In this document: positions 28,101-42,003 of the stretch, in pieces
How positions within the stretch are numbered: position 1 is the first letter of the stretch
Layout of the letters: each line of letters starts with the position of its first letter
NCBI RefSeq assembly: GCF_963676685.1
Contig: NC_092351.1
Span: 78,244,001 to 78,308,000 of the forward strand
Length of the DNA stretch: 64,000 nucleotides
Source: Mytilus edulis
Taxonomy: Eukaryota
Direction: 5' to 3'
Program-made: the position numbers and the translations under genes
The notes under the pieces: model-generated
What the model saw: only the letters and a program-made list of their open reading frames with translations
Told to the model about the DNA's origin: nothing
Database searches by the model: none

Positions 28101-28422
28101 TTGATACATAATGACGTAACTCTCTTTTTTTAGAAGAAATACACAATAAGCATATAGACATGCCGCAAGACGGACAAGTTAAACTTATAACTTACATTTT
28201 GCAGAGGAGATACATTATATCTTAAGAACTATAAACTATTTTCTTTTCATACGTCAAAATTGTTTAATATCTCTATATTTGTGACATCTACATTCTGACG
28301 TAAAACGTGCAATTCTACGTCAGAGTTAATAGTATATAACCATTCGGTCCTAGTGTCAACGTATATTTGTTCCACCTAACAGAAGTTCCATTGGAAACTT
28401 TGTTATAAACAATGTCATAATA

Positions 28423-29803
28423 AAATTGAGAAAGGAAATGGTGAATATGTCAAAGCGACAACCACCCGACCATAGAGCAAACAACAGCCGAAGGCAACCA
28501 ATGGGTCTTCAATGTAGCGAGAATTCCCGCACCCGTAGGTGTCCTTCAGCTGGCCCCTAAAATATGCATAATAGTACAGTGATAATGGACGTCATACTAA
28601 ACTCCGAATTATACACAAGAAACTAAAATTTAAAATCATACAAGACTAACAAAGGCCAGAGGCTCCTGACTTTGGACAGGCGCAAAATTACGGCGGGGTT
28701 AAACATGTTTATGAGATCTCAACCCTCCCCCTATACCTCTAGCCAATGTAGAAAAGTAAAACGATAACAATACGCACATTAAAATTCAGTTCAAGAGAAG
28801 TCCGAGTCTGATGTCAAAAGATGTAACAAAAGAAAATAAATAAAATGACAATAATACATAAATAACAACAGACTACTAGCAGTTAACTGACATGCCAGCT
28901 CCAGACCTCAATTAAACTGATTGAAAGATTATGTCTTCATCATATGAATATCAGGTACAATCCCTCCCGTTAGGGGTTTAGTATCAAACTATCATAAAAT
29001 ATATGAGAAGAACATAACCCGTGTCATGCCAACAACTGTTTTTTTTAGAAATAAATGTGTTTAGTTCCGATGCAAAGACCCTATCAGTGAATCAATGTTA
29101 AAGCCAAAATATGCAATCTTTAATGACCTGACAACAGTATCGTAACTATATCCCCTTTTAATAAGTCTATTTAAAGGTTTTGTTAGTTTCTGAGGAGAAT
29201 ACTGACATTTTTGTGCTTTATAAAGAATATTTCCATAAAATTTTGGATGTGAAATACCTGAACGTATAAGATGTCTGCATGTTGAGTTATATTTACGAAT
29301 TATTTCCTTATACCGGTGATAAAATTTAGTAAATGTTTTGACCAGTTTGTGATATCGAAAACCCTGGTGTAATAATTTTTCAGTAATACATAAATTTCTC
29401 TCGCTAAAATCTAATACATTGTTACATACACGAGCGAATCGTACAAGTTGAGATATATAAACACCATAAGATGGTGACAAGGGAACGTCACCATCTAAAA
29501 ATGGATAATTAACAATAGGAAATGAAAAATCATCTCTTTTATCATAAATTTTTGTATTAAGCTTCCCGTTTATGATATAGATATCAAGATCGAGGAAAGG
29601 GCAGTGGTCATTGTTATCATTAGCTTTATTTAAAGTAAGTTCTACAGGATAAATTTCTTTAGTATACATACTGAAGTCGTCATTATTTAGAGCCAATATA
29701 TCATCCAAATATCTAAAAGTATTGTTAAATTTTTGTATCAAATGTTGTTTTGATGGGTCTTTGCTAATTTTAGTCATAAATTGTAACTCATAACAATACA
29801 AAA
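28423..29803 (-). mobile_element. 5'-truncated Penelope-like retroelement, Naiad-type (RT at C-terminus), with ~640-bp 3' UTR
   Basis: ORF 29061-29837 contains FRYLDD (motif C), PFLDL and YDKRDDFSFPIVNYPFLDGDVPLSPSYGVYISQLVRFAR. It ends after the thumb with no C-terminal GIY-YIG, as in N-terminal-EN PLEs. Confidence 0.8.
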
Positions 29804-30544
29804 ACATAATACATAATATTTGTTTCTGTTGCAACAAATATTCTATACCATTTATTCAGTTAGGAACATTTTCTGTAATATTTATTCCAGTGGAAATAAT
29901 ATTCCAGAATATTGTTTCCATTTGGAACTTATATTTTGAAGGAACTTCTATTCCGTGACACTAGTACTTAAAATGTTTCAATCTTTTATGGGTGGATTGA
30001 ACATACTTAAATAAATACAAAAATAAGAAAGCCGTGAACGAGGTTGTTAAATTTGATATGTGTTTCTTTGTTAATATTTGTTTGTTTCTATCGTGATTAA
30101 GATTATAACACAATGTTGACTGCTGTATCCCTAATTTTGATTTTTTACCCATGGTGTCTATTTATTTTATACACGCATCGATTTCAATACATTTGAATTT
30201 GAAGCGACTGTCGTACAAATCAACCATTTTCTACATAATAAAATGCAAGTCAGGACTATTACAGTTGTTATCCATACATTTGATGTGTTTGAGCTTTTGA
30301 TATTTGATTAGGGATATTCCGTTTTCAATTTTCCTCGGAGTGAAGTATTTTTGTGATCTAACTTTTTTGTCATTCGATTTTTTTTGTCTTATAAAAAGTC
30401 ATGTTATATTGTATTTCAAAATAAATGCTATGAAGTGGCTTTACCTCTGTTTGGGTACCATTTCCATAAGGCTTCACGTTGTTAAGTAGATTGGATTCCT
30501 CTATGAACAAAAAATATCTTTCTAAGACTTATGTTTTATTTCAG

Positions 30545-33500
30545 TTGTATATTTGTGTTGTATTTTTGTTTTTGTGTTGTTTCAGTAAGCCTATACAACG
30601 AAATAAAGGAACGTAACAGAGAAAAGTATAAATTCAATTTTAAGGAGTTTGAGGAACATACAATTTGAGTTAACGCTTTCTTTTTATAAAATTAAGTTCT
30701 AATTAGAAATCTAAAAACAGTGAACGTGAAATTAAATGACATTGTTAAACATTTGAACTTATCCAGAAGTAGAAAAAAAAAATTATACAGCTGTCATTAA
30801 AATGCAACTTGAATATCAAAAGTGAAGCAAATCATTATAAGCCACACTTTAACTGCACCTTTTTTCTTGACAATTACGTTTTAAGATAATTGTTTTATAA
30901 AGACTAATGTTTGCATAATTGATTTAGGGTTAAATTTTGTTACCACGTTTTATCTCGTATACAAACTTACACTATTAAACATTTTTTGGAAGAAACTTAT
31001 TCCAGTAGCATTCTTTAAATACTTGCCTTTTGCCTTTTTCGTTTGTGGTTGTAACTTACAGTGATATTTGACAAGGATAAAGCACAGACCACAAAGTATG
31101 AAACACAACATACACACACTAATGGTTCTTCCTAATCCGAAATTATGTTCAGGAAAATTGGACCCTTGGGAGAAAAAAAAATATTTATGTTTAAAGTTAT
31201 ATTTTTTTCGTACACATAACTTTGATAAACGAGCATTAAAAATAACCGTTATGATATACATGTTAATATTTAACTATAAAATGAAAACATTTTAAAAATC
31301 ATATTAAACAACATCTGTACTTCATATCTTGAACATAGAAAAAAATCATATATATGCTCTTCAATGTAAACTGTTTCTGTGACACGCACACAGAATGAGA
31401 CATTATGTTTCTGCAGAAGCTTGTGTATCATTTAATTGCACCTTACAAGATCTTCTTATTTCAAAATTTATTTACAATTCTCAGACAGCCGTGTGAATAG
31501 TTTTTATCAACACATAGATATTTTAATTATGCTTATAAGAACAAAATTACCCTGATCGCAATTTTGCAGAGTTATTGTTTCAATCGCTTCGGAATACAAA
31601 CTGCCAAACAGGCACATAACTGTCACATTTCCACCACATAGGAAATCCACAGATTGTGATGTGATGTTAATTGTACCATGATAGAAGCTGTTTTTCATGT
31701 GAATTGATTCTTGTTGGTTCGTAATGAGAATGTCTCCCTGCAATATTAAAGGATTTACAGCACGATTATTTTACACAGAACGCAGAGCGTAGTATTTTCT
31801 TGCAAATATCTTAATACGTCAAAACAAACAATTTAAATCTGAATTAAAAGTTATTTCAAAACTGGTTTCTATTTGTCCAAATTAAGTTTTAATATTTAAA
31901 TCATGCACAAATTCCTCATTGACTAAAAGTGTATGCTCAAATTAGTGTATACTGAGTCAATTCAAATTCTTAAAGATGCTGATTTTGTCATAACATAATG
32001 TAAATTAACATCCCGAATTAATAATGCATATACACATAAAAAAGAAGATGTGGTATGATTGCCGATGAGACAACTCTCCACAAGAGACCAGAAATTAACA
32101 ACGATAGATCATCATAAGGCTGTAAACCATGAGCAAAGCCCATACCGTATGTATACATTTCTACCTTAAAATATATTTGTTTTGTTTTGCTTCATCTTTA
32201 TATGCAAATACGGAAATGTGTCAATGAGACTTTTGTCCACCAAAGTTCAAATGAACTCAAAGAAAGCAATTACAGGTAACCGTACGGCCTTTAACAATGA
32301 TAGCAATGAGAAAGAAAATAAATGTTATGTGGTCAAGGCCCTTGCATGAACATTACATACAACTAAGGGCCTAATGTATAACAGAGTAGTTTACAAAAAA
32401 AAAATATAACAACCCTGAATCAACGACAGCACTGAACTACAGGTTCCTGACTTTAAATAATGAGGCGTGGTTAAACTTGTTTGTAAGAGCTAAATCTTCA
32501 CCCTAACCTAGGACAGCAGTGTAAGAACATAAAAACAAACTAAAAAAGAAAAAAGGCTTAGCTTATCAATGTACAAATAAAAGTATATCTATCAAAAACA
32601 CAAAATGGGCAATGCCGGGTACTTGTACATATACTTACATTAAACAAAGTTTGGCATTTTGGTACTGGAATAAATCTGTCGAAATTCAACAGAACCATGA
32701 TGTCGCTACTAGTAATTGTAAACGAATAGTTTGTGCTTTGTGGCAAACCTTAGACAATGATAAAGGAATTTTATTATAATTGTGATAATACTAGTAACAA
32801 TGATGCGACATAACTAGAAATTAATCATTGAAGAATAGATATAATCACTTAATACAATTTTTTTTGTGTTAAATATGGTATCGGAATAAGTCAAATTTCA
32901 AAAAAATCAAATAAAAAGTTGCAATTCTCATGGAAAAATACCCGGTGTCCGGCCTTGATTCAGTCCGACCGACAGACCATCCATTAATTCTTGTAGATTA
33001 ACCACATATTAATTTTTTAGAGATCCTGCGAGAGTGGCTCTGTTGAGTTAAATAAAAAAGTAAAATTCACAAATATACTGAACTCCGAGGAAAATTCAAA
33101 ATGGAAAGTCCCTAATCAAATGGCAAATTCTAAAAATAAAACACATCAAACGAATGGACAACAAATGTCATAGTACTGACTTGGAACAGGTATTTGAAAA
33201 TGTAGAAAATTGTGTATTTATTTGGTTTTATGGCGATAAATCTCTCACTTGTATGACAGTCGCATCAATTTCCATGACATTGACAACAATGCTTGAACAA
33301 AACAACCAGACATAATATCAAGTAAAAATGTAAATAATACAGAAGCCAACATTTTGCTCTAAACCTAATCCCTAAAAAAATACATTAACATATAATAGCA
33401 CAAAATAGCAAATTACAGACCTAGTATATTAGTAAAAACTAAAGACAAGTATACATAAATGTACCATAGTACAATAACACATTGACTGGGTATATAGAGT

Positions 33501-34651
33501 GCCGATCAATCATTCTAAAGGAAGTTATATTCATTAAATGATAAAATTCACTTGTAATTATTTTGTGAAATTTGAAGGCTTCGGCATTATTAACAAAAAC
33601 ATTTGACATTACTTACAAATAAAATTAGTACTGTTAATCATCAAGACTGATTCGTACGAACACACATCTGACAGACACGTGTATGATGTATTGAAATCTG
33701 ATATAGTGGCATCTATTATTATGAGAGAGGAACCATCATTTTCTTCCTTTCCACTGTATTTATCTTGCTGGAACGAAAGGCCTTGATGGAGAATAACATC
33801 AGATTCTTTCATCCATGTAGTTTTCTGTGAACGCTGATGTGTTGCAGAACAAAGTCACATTTCTTCCATAAATAACAGGAAGATCTTCAATCGTCCAATA
33901 TACTGAAAGGATCGAGTATTTGTTTTAATTATTGCTATAAAGTGAATTTATCTGCAGTTTTTTTTCAAGTAAAAAAACCCGTCATATTCGTTAATTCGCA
34001 CGATGTGAATAACGATATACAAAACAAATAACTCACGAACTACATCGTAAAATGTTATGAAAGAAATTAAACATTGTGTTCTACACGATTAATATATATA
34101 TCTGTCTTTAAAAGCTTTTTTTTTAAACCGTTACAACAAAGATTTTTTTGGTGTACTTAATGTATACTTTGGATTTATAATTCCTAGTGTAATAGACAAT
34201 GATACCAAATGATGATGCAAACTCATACAAATCGAAATAAAACAGACAGCGCCATAAGGTGAGAAACAACACCAAAAGACGAACAAGATTGAGTTCAAGT
34301 ATTTTAATCTTCTTCTTGAAGGGTTCGATTTCACAAAGTTCAACGAGCACCTGTTACGACTTATGGTTGCGATTCCATTTGGAAACAACCATTACGTTAT
34401 TATTCACTATTATATGTGCTTTTGGCGGTTATGTTATGATTTAATTTATATATCCCCAGAGTAATCTTATTCTCTTGGGTATGTTGTTTCCTAAGTCAAT
34501 TCAGATTTAGTAGGCAAATTTAAGTCAGCACATCCCATACAGTGATTGTGCCCAACTTCTTTGATATTATGAATAACAGCTTACTTTTATTAGACGAGCC
34601 CGCCAATGTCATGGTATGCACACATAAAATGAATAGTACTATCCAATTCAT
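30545..34651 (-). pseudogene. Type I membrane Ig-like receptor gene with one frameshift (pseudogene or sequence error)
   Basis: Phase-compatible GT-AG exons: 34651-34585 signal peptide (MNWIVLFILCVHTMTLAGSS); 33902-33617 Ig domain (GRNVTLFC..TW..SSLIIIDATISDFNTSYTC; 286 bp, so +1 frameshift); 32748-32639; 31737-31551; 31164-31060 TM (TISVCMLCFILCGLCFILV). A likely short cytoplasmic exon starts at ~30590. Confidence 0.75.
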
Positions 34652-35503
34652 TTAAGTAAAACTCATGAAAGAGTTATGTCACATAAGTTACATAATATCT
34701 GTATCTAATAAAACCTTAGTATTTAGAATAATGTACATTCGTATAAGTTGTTGTTCAGTCCGGAAAAAAATCATTGCAACGCCAGGAAATGTATCCAAAA
34801 CACAAAATGGTTAACCATTTAGCTCTGTTCGAATCATTCTGAAATGAAAAACAATTAATTTTCAAATAAAGGTTAAATCTCAAACTTCGTATGTGCCATA
34901 TGTCATTACTATTTGTATACTGATCAATTGTGCAGAGTTTAAAAGCTCTGTGTAGCTAGTGGTTATAATATTCATGTACCAGTTGTACAGCTGGTAGTGT
35001 CATTTAAGCAACAACAACAAAAAAATACAGTTGTTTCGTTGGAATTTCGATTCTTTTAGTATTATTCTGGAATTCTTTCAACAATTGTCATGTCCTTTTT
35101 AAAAGCTCCTCATAGTTTACATAAATGTTTATATAGTGACTTTATTAGTAAGAGAAGATAAAAAAAATACTTAGTTTCATTAAATGTACTGAAAGTAAGA
35201 ATATATAATTGTTATACATGGTTTAAAACGAATTCATAATTAGAGATTACTGATCCGCAAACAAGAGAGTAATGTCATGTGAACACTGTCTGATGAACTT
35301 ATACACGTAATTCATTTAATACGTAGTTTTTTCTATTTCTCATAATTGGTGATCTCAAAGTTATTATTGCACATTGTTGTGTTGCTCCGCTCCTTGAGAT
35401 AAGTAACTTTGGAGAAATCCGTTTGCGTCAAAAATGAGTCTTTTTTCGCTACAACTTCTTTTCTACAAATGATACGTTTGCGCCACCTATTTTAAAATAA
35501 TAT

Positions 35504-36252
35504 ATTATCCCCGGCTTAGTATATATCTAGGAATTTGATTGGTTAACGCACGTCGTTACAAAACCCATAGCCCCTGGGTGTTGCTAACCCATATCCCCGG
35601 ACGTTGCTAACCATTATCCCGGGGAACTTCACGCAAGTTTTCCTTAGTTCCATGAATGCTCCTTGTGAAAAATTTAATTCTGTAGATTATCCATGATGTT
35701 TGTAATTAAATATTTTATTCATTAACGATTTTGTTCTATTATGCCGATCATTTACACTCATTTAATTAAATGCATCACTTGACTGCCACATTTTCAAGGA
35801 ATTGGACTACAGACCTAGCTATGCAAAGACCCATGTTGACGTCATACCATCTATGACGTAACTCTCACAACATTGAGCGCCAAATTTGACTCAATCCCGT
35901 AACTCTGGCTCCGTATTAAAAACGTCGTATATTTGACTACCTGTAGGGTTCTACCAAAGGTAGTACCCTACACCCCGTAAAAAATATGTAAAATTTCCAA
36001 ATTTCAATAAAACTTTTTTAAATTATGAAAAAAACGTTGTTTTCACGCTACACTTTGTACCCGAATTTCCATAGAACTCGGCCGATTCGGACTAAGACCG
36101 GGGATAAATTCGTTATCTACGTTCATATCCGTAGATATGGGTATTTTAACACTCTTCAGCACTCTGTACACCCTTCGGCTACGCCTCATGGTGTACTGGG
36201 GTACTTCAGGGTGTTAAAATACCCATATCTACGGATATGAACGTAGATCACT
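35504..36252. mobile_element. Non-autonomous element with short IRs and a long terminal palindrome
   Basis: TTATCCCCGGCTTAGT (~35506) and ACTAAGACCGGGGATAA (~36091) are inverted, followed by a ~140-bp hairpin at 36112-36250. Confidence 0.5.
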
Positions 36253-37621
36253 TATAATATCATCTGCGCCAAAAATTAATCATAAGATTGCGCCATTTGA
36301 AAAAAATGAATTTCCTCATTATCCGGGCTTGGGACAGGAAGTTACACGGAAAATGTTTCATTTCCTGAAACATGTCTTCTTCTTACTGATGCTACGCAAT
36401 TTAATGTATGTAGTTAGCTTGTAACTTAACAATATTGTCCAACAATACCACATTAAAGAATGGGATGCATAATTTAAGTTCATTGTAATTCTTGTGGAAT
36501 GTCTGATTTCACTCCCGGTTTTTAGTGGAGTTCGTGTTGTATATTAATTATTATTTATAACTGTTGATGAAAATGTCCTTTGGTTTTGTCAGTCTTTGTT
36601 TACTCCTTGGTTTTGATTGTTATTGTCCCGGCCCCAATATATGAACGTCTTGCAGTGGATGGGACAGCTCATACGGATGGTGGGAACGAAGCACTGTCAT
36701 CAACATACATTAAAATGAAGACAATAATGTTTTGTTTTATGTCTCTTTTATTCTAAATAGCAAAAAAAGTAAAACACCGTTTGTATTCTTGTCAACTTTT
36801 TAAGCATATGCCTTAGACATTATTATACTGAATTAGGTTATTATGATGTTCAGAATTGCCAAGTTGAAGGCAAAAAGCAATAATACAACTTACCATTACG
36901 TGGATTGCGATGTTTACTAATAATATCTCGTTTACATTTAAAGCTGTTTACATAATATAAAATAGGCCAAGGTTAGTAGATTGAGATACATATTACAAAG
37001 TATTATATATCCACTTATTTCTATTTATAAACTATTTTCTTTGTGTATTAAATAACTCTTAATAAAATATAATTTTATAATGTTTGTTACTGTCCATAAA
37101 CCACTTTAGAAAATTTATTAAGTTACTCTTAATAAACTATTTTAGAAACGAAAGTGGTTACTATTTATAAACTTCTTTCATTAGTAGGGGGTGAAACAAT
37201 ATCTAGTAAAATTCGGTTAATTTGCACACAATATTGTTCTAAGTTGTGTTTGTTTTAAAAGTAAAATTGTAAATAAACAGACAAGTATTTTTTAATGAAA
37301 TAGCTAAGAATATGTCATTTTTGTTTTTATTTAAATTCATGATACAGGTTAGAAATGCTGGTGCGTTTAATCGGACTGTCGACATCTAGGAGGGAATGCA
37401 ATGCACAAATATAGGTAACAAATAAAGAAATATTTCATTTAAACTGCAACTAGTTGTATTTAATTCCTAAATATAGTAACATAGCTTCCATTTCATCATG
37501 GAACACTTTCCTCGGCGCAAAACTGTGGAAGGGATCGGTATAAAATCTCCCTTCCCCAGTTTCTCAGCCTCATACAAAAAGGTTTATATTTTTCCTTCCA
37601 TTGACCTGATATTGTATATTA

Positions 37622-38305
37622 CAGTGACTTGACTGTTAGTGTTGCTATTCACCAATTGCAACTCATTCAAAATTTTGACCCAATTGCAATTTGTTTTATT
37701 AAATCAAATTGTTCAACTGGTCAAAAATTTGAACATTTATAAGAATCACACACTATGTGAATAAAAACATTTCATATTCAGTAAAATATTTGAAATTGCA
37801 ATATGTTTGTAGGAAGGGGAGATAATCGCTTTTTGGTTTCAAAAAGTCTTTATTCAAAAGAATAGTATTTTAGGTTATCTCCCCAAGGAAGCATATTGTT
37901 ATTTCATACATATTTTACTGAATATGAAATGTTTTTATTCACATAATGTGTGATTCTTATAAATATAGAATACTTTTCGAAAGAAAAACTCTATAAAAGC
38001 TTAGTTTTGACATTTTTATAGCAATTCAAAATAAAACAGTTCACCTTTAGTATGGTAATGGCTGTAATATAACTATACAGATTGATAGACTGATTTAGGA
38101 ATTACATCAATACAGTGGAGTTACAGACTTATAGGATTGTAAGTATGACTTATTTTATCACTTTGCACTTTCACATTTTGGCTGAACAGTTTGTTCAAAT
38201 TTTTGACCAGTTGAACAATTTGATTTAATAAAACAAATTGCAATTGGGTCAAAATTTTGACTGAGTTGCAATTGGTGAATAGCAACACTAACAGTCAAGT
38301 CACTG
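37622..38305. mobile_element. Tc1/mariner-like MITE with ~115-bp TIRs and a nested palindromic insert
   Basis: TA|CAGTGACTTGACTG...CAGTCAAGTCACTG|TA with near-perfect long TIRs. An internal second IR pair lies at ~37736-37790 and ~37909-37963. Confidence 0.8.
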
Positions 38306-39245
38306 TAACAAAGCGTGCAGGAGATTTGAAGCGCATATATTAGTTGGTATTTAAAGTTTTTTTTTTTTTTTGTATTCTAAGGGACTTTCGTTTGTATCGT
38401 ACTTGTCTAGACAGTAACTAAAATTCGGATTAAAATCAGATTTCTTAAATTTCATATTTAAGTCCGTGTTCACGTTCACCTTACCTCGGTGTTGTGAGAA
38501 AGAGATTTACGATAAAACTCAATGTTTACATGTAGTTTAAATCATGTTTTGTCTACATGTAGTCGTCAATATTGCCCTTCCCCCCTTCTCCCCCTTCCCC
38601 CGATATAAATCAAATGGTAGCTCACTATAAGTACTGCAATCATCAAAATCGCATTCACAACTGTTAGAAAAGTCGACGACAAATTTGTGTTCGATTCTAT
38701 GTAATAAGCATTTTAAAAATGTTTTACAAGTGTGAACAAATCTCGTGTGCAGGCAATAACACAAGATGTATAGATAACGGACTGCAATAAATTTTGATAC
38801 TCTGCAATTTTCATTCTCAAAATGGATTGTTTTGAATCTTTGCAAATTGGCTAAAATTCTATGTTTTTTGCCTGAAATCTAGGAGTTTTAACAACTATAT
38901 CAAGTTGCATCATAACGGAAAATGAATTTCTTTTTGTTTAGAGAAATTGCATCAAACTTTTAAATACTACAGCTTAATTCAATTTTTCTTAGAAAAAAAA
39001 AGACAATTCTCAGCTACCTTCAAATTCTTCCTGCAATAACAAAAGAAAATAAATAATATAGATACTAATATTTTAGCATTCCCTTTTTCTAAGTCATATT
39101 GTACTTTTAAATTTATACAATAAACTAAATTTTTAGCTTTCTGAAATCTTACATTCAAAACTCAGGGCTAAATTTTTAGCTTTCAAAGATTTTCAATTTG
39201 TTATAATAAAACACCCATGCAACCACGCATCCCATATTGCTGATA

Positions 39246-39426
39246 GGACCCGACACAAATATCAATTTCGTGTTTCGGTAGTTAAGCTTGGGATGGTCAT
39301 TTTAAGATGCATTATTTGAATATAATCAAATATGAAAATTATTCATGTTTATATTGATATATTTATATTTTAATTCTTCTTCAATATATCTAGTTGTTAT
39401 GACAGATCTACCATCATCAGGGGTCC
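39246..39426 (-). ncRNA. Predicted type I hammerhead ribozyme (copy A1)
   Basis: Reverse complement of 44667-44847. Confidence 0.75.
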
Positions 39427-39437
39427 AACTGTCAATT

Positions 39438-41393
39438 TTATGTTACATTCTTTAACTTTGATCTACTAAGCATATCTCCAATACTTTTATGTTTGCTATA
39501 CGCAACTATTGGTGCTGTATTGAATATTTGTACACAGTCTTCGTCGAACTGTAATAAATGCCAGTGTTTCATTATACGTTTCTTTATTTTACGTATATAT
39601 GGATTATATTTAGTTATTAAAACTAACGGAATACTTTGCTTCTCTTTAGATTTGTTTTGTTGTAATAAATCAGTACGGTCAATTGATAAAGCATCAGTAA
39701 TACTATCATCTATTTCAGCGTTATCATAACCCCTATCTAATAATTTCACTTTGAAATTAGTTAGATTGTTTATTAATTTGTTATGGTCACTTGTATTTCT
39801 AATTTGCCGTATTGCTTCACCTTTAATAAATCCTCTGAATACATGCTGTGAGTGACAGCTATTTCTGTGCAGAAACAGATAAGAATTTGTTTCTTTAAAA
39901 TGTATTTCAAGGTCAAGGATGCCATATGTTGTAAATCGTTGACCTTTAATTACATCAACATCCAAGAACGACATTTTATCGTTTTTGATTTCATAGGTGA
40001 ACTTTAATAAGGGGTTATAATCATTTGCTAGACGAAAAAAATCTATAATTTCATCTGATGTTCCATCATATATTATGAATCCATCGTCTCTATATCTTCC
40101 ATGATAGAATATTTTGTCTTTATATTGAAATGCAGAAATAATTTGATTCATTATTTCAAACATAAGTATGTCACAGATTTCCGGTGAAGGAACTGCACCA
40201 ATTGCCGTACCTATTACTTGTTTGTAAATTTTCCCATCAAATTCAAATACATTGTTTTCTAAAATAATTCTCAACAAATGTATCAATACATTGACTGGCG
40301 GAGCATTGACTTTGAAGTTTGATTTGTCAAAACTGTCATATGCTCGTTCAACCGCACCCAATAACGCTTCTTGAGGTAGATTAGTAAACATCTGTGTTAT
40401 ATCATATGAAACCAAAAGGCTGTTTGCCATAGGTTTTAATTTCTCAATGATATTAATGAACGATGTAGTATCTTTTATATATGTAGACTGATTTTGAACT
40501 ATTGGTATAAGAAAATAGTCAACGTAATGACCTATAAGTTCAGTTACAGAACCACACTGTGATATAATTGGTCTGCCAGGTGGAATTATATTTAATTCAT
40601 TTAATCCATCATGTTGTATTTGTTTAAACGTCTCTGTTTCAAGACGGTGAATTTTTGGGAGAATATAAATTCTCCCTAATCGTGCATCTCTTAATTTTTG
40701 ACCATTTGTTAAAAATTTAAATGATATTTTGTCGATTATGCCTTGGTCGTATAATGATTTAATATACTCAATGACCTGGATTTTCAGTTCTGCCATGTTA
40801 AATGAATCTAATTGGCAGTAATGTTGAGTATTTAGTTGTCTTGTGACTTCTGTTATGTAGTCTAGCCTGTCTAAAATAACACAATTTGAATTTTTATCTG
40901 CCTTTTTTATTACTATTGTTTCATCATTTTTCAAATTGCGTAGCGCTATTCTTTCGCCCTTAGTAAGATTGTTTTTTACATTTCTTTCTATTGGTAGAAA
41001 AGACAATTCAAGCTTGGTTAAATCTATATAATTTTCCAACGTATGGCACGTAGAGGCAGGTTTATATCCTGTATTGCTACGAAATGGATGAAGGTCAGTT
41101 TTTTCTTGACTGAACATATACCGACATCGTAATTTTCTAGCAAATTCATTGTAGTCTTTTAGTATAGACATTTTTGAATTTTTGCTTGATGGCGTTGGTA
41201 TAAATTTCAAGCCTTTCGCCAACAGGATATATTCCTGATTTGATAATCTGCGTTTTGATAGATTAATAACATGCTTTTTTGCATGTGCAGTTCTTTGCTG
41301 CATATTGTATTTATTCCGTTCTTTTTTATTGTAGAATCGGAATTTTTGCTTTTTAGCATTTCTATTAAAACGACGTGCCATTTTTGAGTTCAC
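39438..41393 (-). CDS. Penelope-like reverse transcriptase, no GIY-YIG domain
   Basis: Motifs VINLS..LLAKGLKFIPTP, IKKADK, PPGRPIIS, A (SYDITQMFTNL), B' (QVIGTAIG), C (YRDD) and thumb, ending in PIVAYSKHKSIGDMLSRSKL. The probable true start is the ATG 4 codons in (MARRF). Confidence 0.92.
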   Translation of the reverse strand: MNSKMARRFNRNAKKQKFRFYNKKERNKYNMQQRTAHAKKHVINLSKRRLSNQEYILLAKGLKFIPTPSSKNSKMSILKDYNEFARKLRCRYMFSQEKTDLHPFRSNTGYKPASTCHTLENYIDLTKLELSFLPIERNVKNNLTKGERIALRNLKNDETIVIKKADKNSNCVILDRLDYITEVTRQLNTQHYCQLDSFNMAELKIQVIEYIKSLYDQGIIDKISFKFLTNGQKLRDARLGRIYILPKIHRLETETFKQIQHDGLNELNIIPPGRPIISQCGSVTELIGHYVDYFLIPIVQNQSTYIKDTTSFINIIEKLKPMANSLLVSYDITQMFTNLPQEALLGAVERAYDSFDKSNFKVNAPPVNVLIHLLRIILENNVFEFDGKIYKQVIGTAIGAVPSPEICDILMFEIMNQIISAFQYKDKIFYHGRYRDDGFIIYDGTSDEIIDFFRLANDYNPLLKFTYEIKNDKMSFLDVDVIKGQRFTTYGILDLEIHFKETNSYLFLHRNSCHSQHVFRGFIKGEAIRQIRNTSDHNKLINNLTNFKVKLLDRGYDNAEIDDSITDALSIDRTDLLQQNKSKEKQSIPLVLITKYNPYIRKIKKRIMKHWHLLQFDEDCVQIFNTAPIVAYSKHKSIGDMLSRSKLKNVT

Positions 41394-41811
41394 ATTGGGT
41401 GATTCTCTTAGCTACGTGCCTTTGTTGCGCTCACATTGGGTGGCTGAAGAATTTTTAGGTTTACACATGTTATAAACCTTGAAAGAAGATCCGCCCACAT
41501 TCACGTGGGTTGATAGGCGGGAATAAGATAGCAGTGAGAAATTGTCCGTGTTGATGATGTATAAATGAGTCACATTGTTTTGTGGAACTTTTCAAAGTAA
41601 ATCATGTCATGAAGTATTTTCAACTCAAGGCTAAAAGCTTTGTCCACCGGAACAATAAATTAACACCATATACGTATCCCATCAAACAGGAAATGCGGAT
41701 CATTCTCAATGCAGAAAACGATTCTCGGTAAGGTGCAGTAGGACAGCCGTCCATGAATACATTTTGTTATAATAAAACACCCATGCAACCACGCATCCCA
41801 TATTGCTGATA

Positions 41812-41992
41812 GGACCCGACACAAATATCAATTTCGTGTTTCGGTAGTTAAGCTTGGGATGGTCATTTTAAGATGCATTATTTGAATATAATCAAATATG
41901 AAAATTATTCATGTTTATATTGATATATTTATATTTTAATTCTTCTTCAATATATCTAGTTGTTATGACAGATCTACCATCATCAGGGGTCC
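41812..41992 (-). ncRNA. Predicted type I hammerhead ribozyme (copy A2)
   Basis: Same motif, one unit (2566 bp) from copy A1. Confidence 0.75.
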
Positions 41993-42003
41993 AACTGTCA
42001 ATT

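Noticed and set aside
28195-28374. Possible minus-strand exon with good splice sites
   Set aside because: It contains stops in the frames tried and has no recognisable similarity.
39493-39729. 78-aa antisense ORF repeated in every PLE copy
   Set aside because: It is a shadow of the RT frame, and its recurrence simply reflects copy identity.
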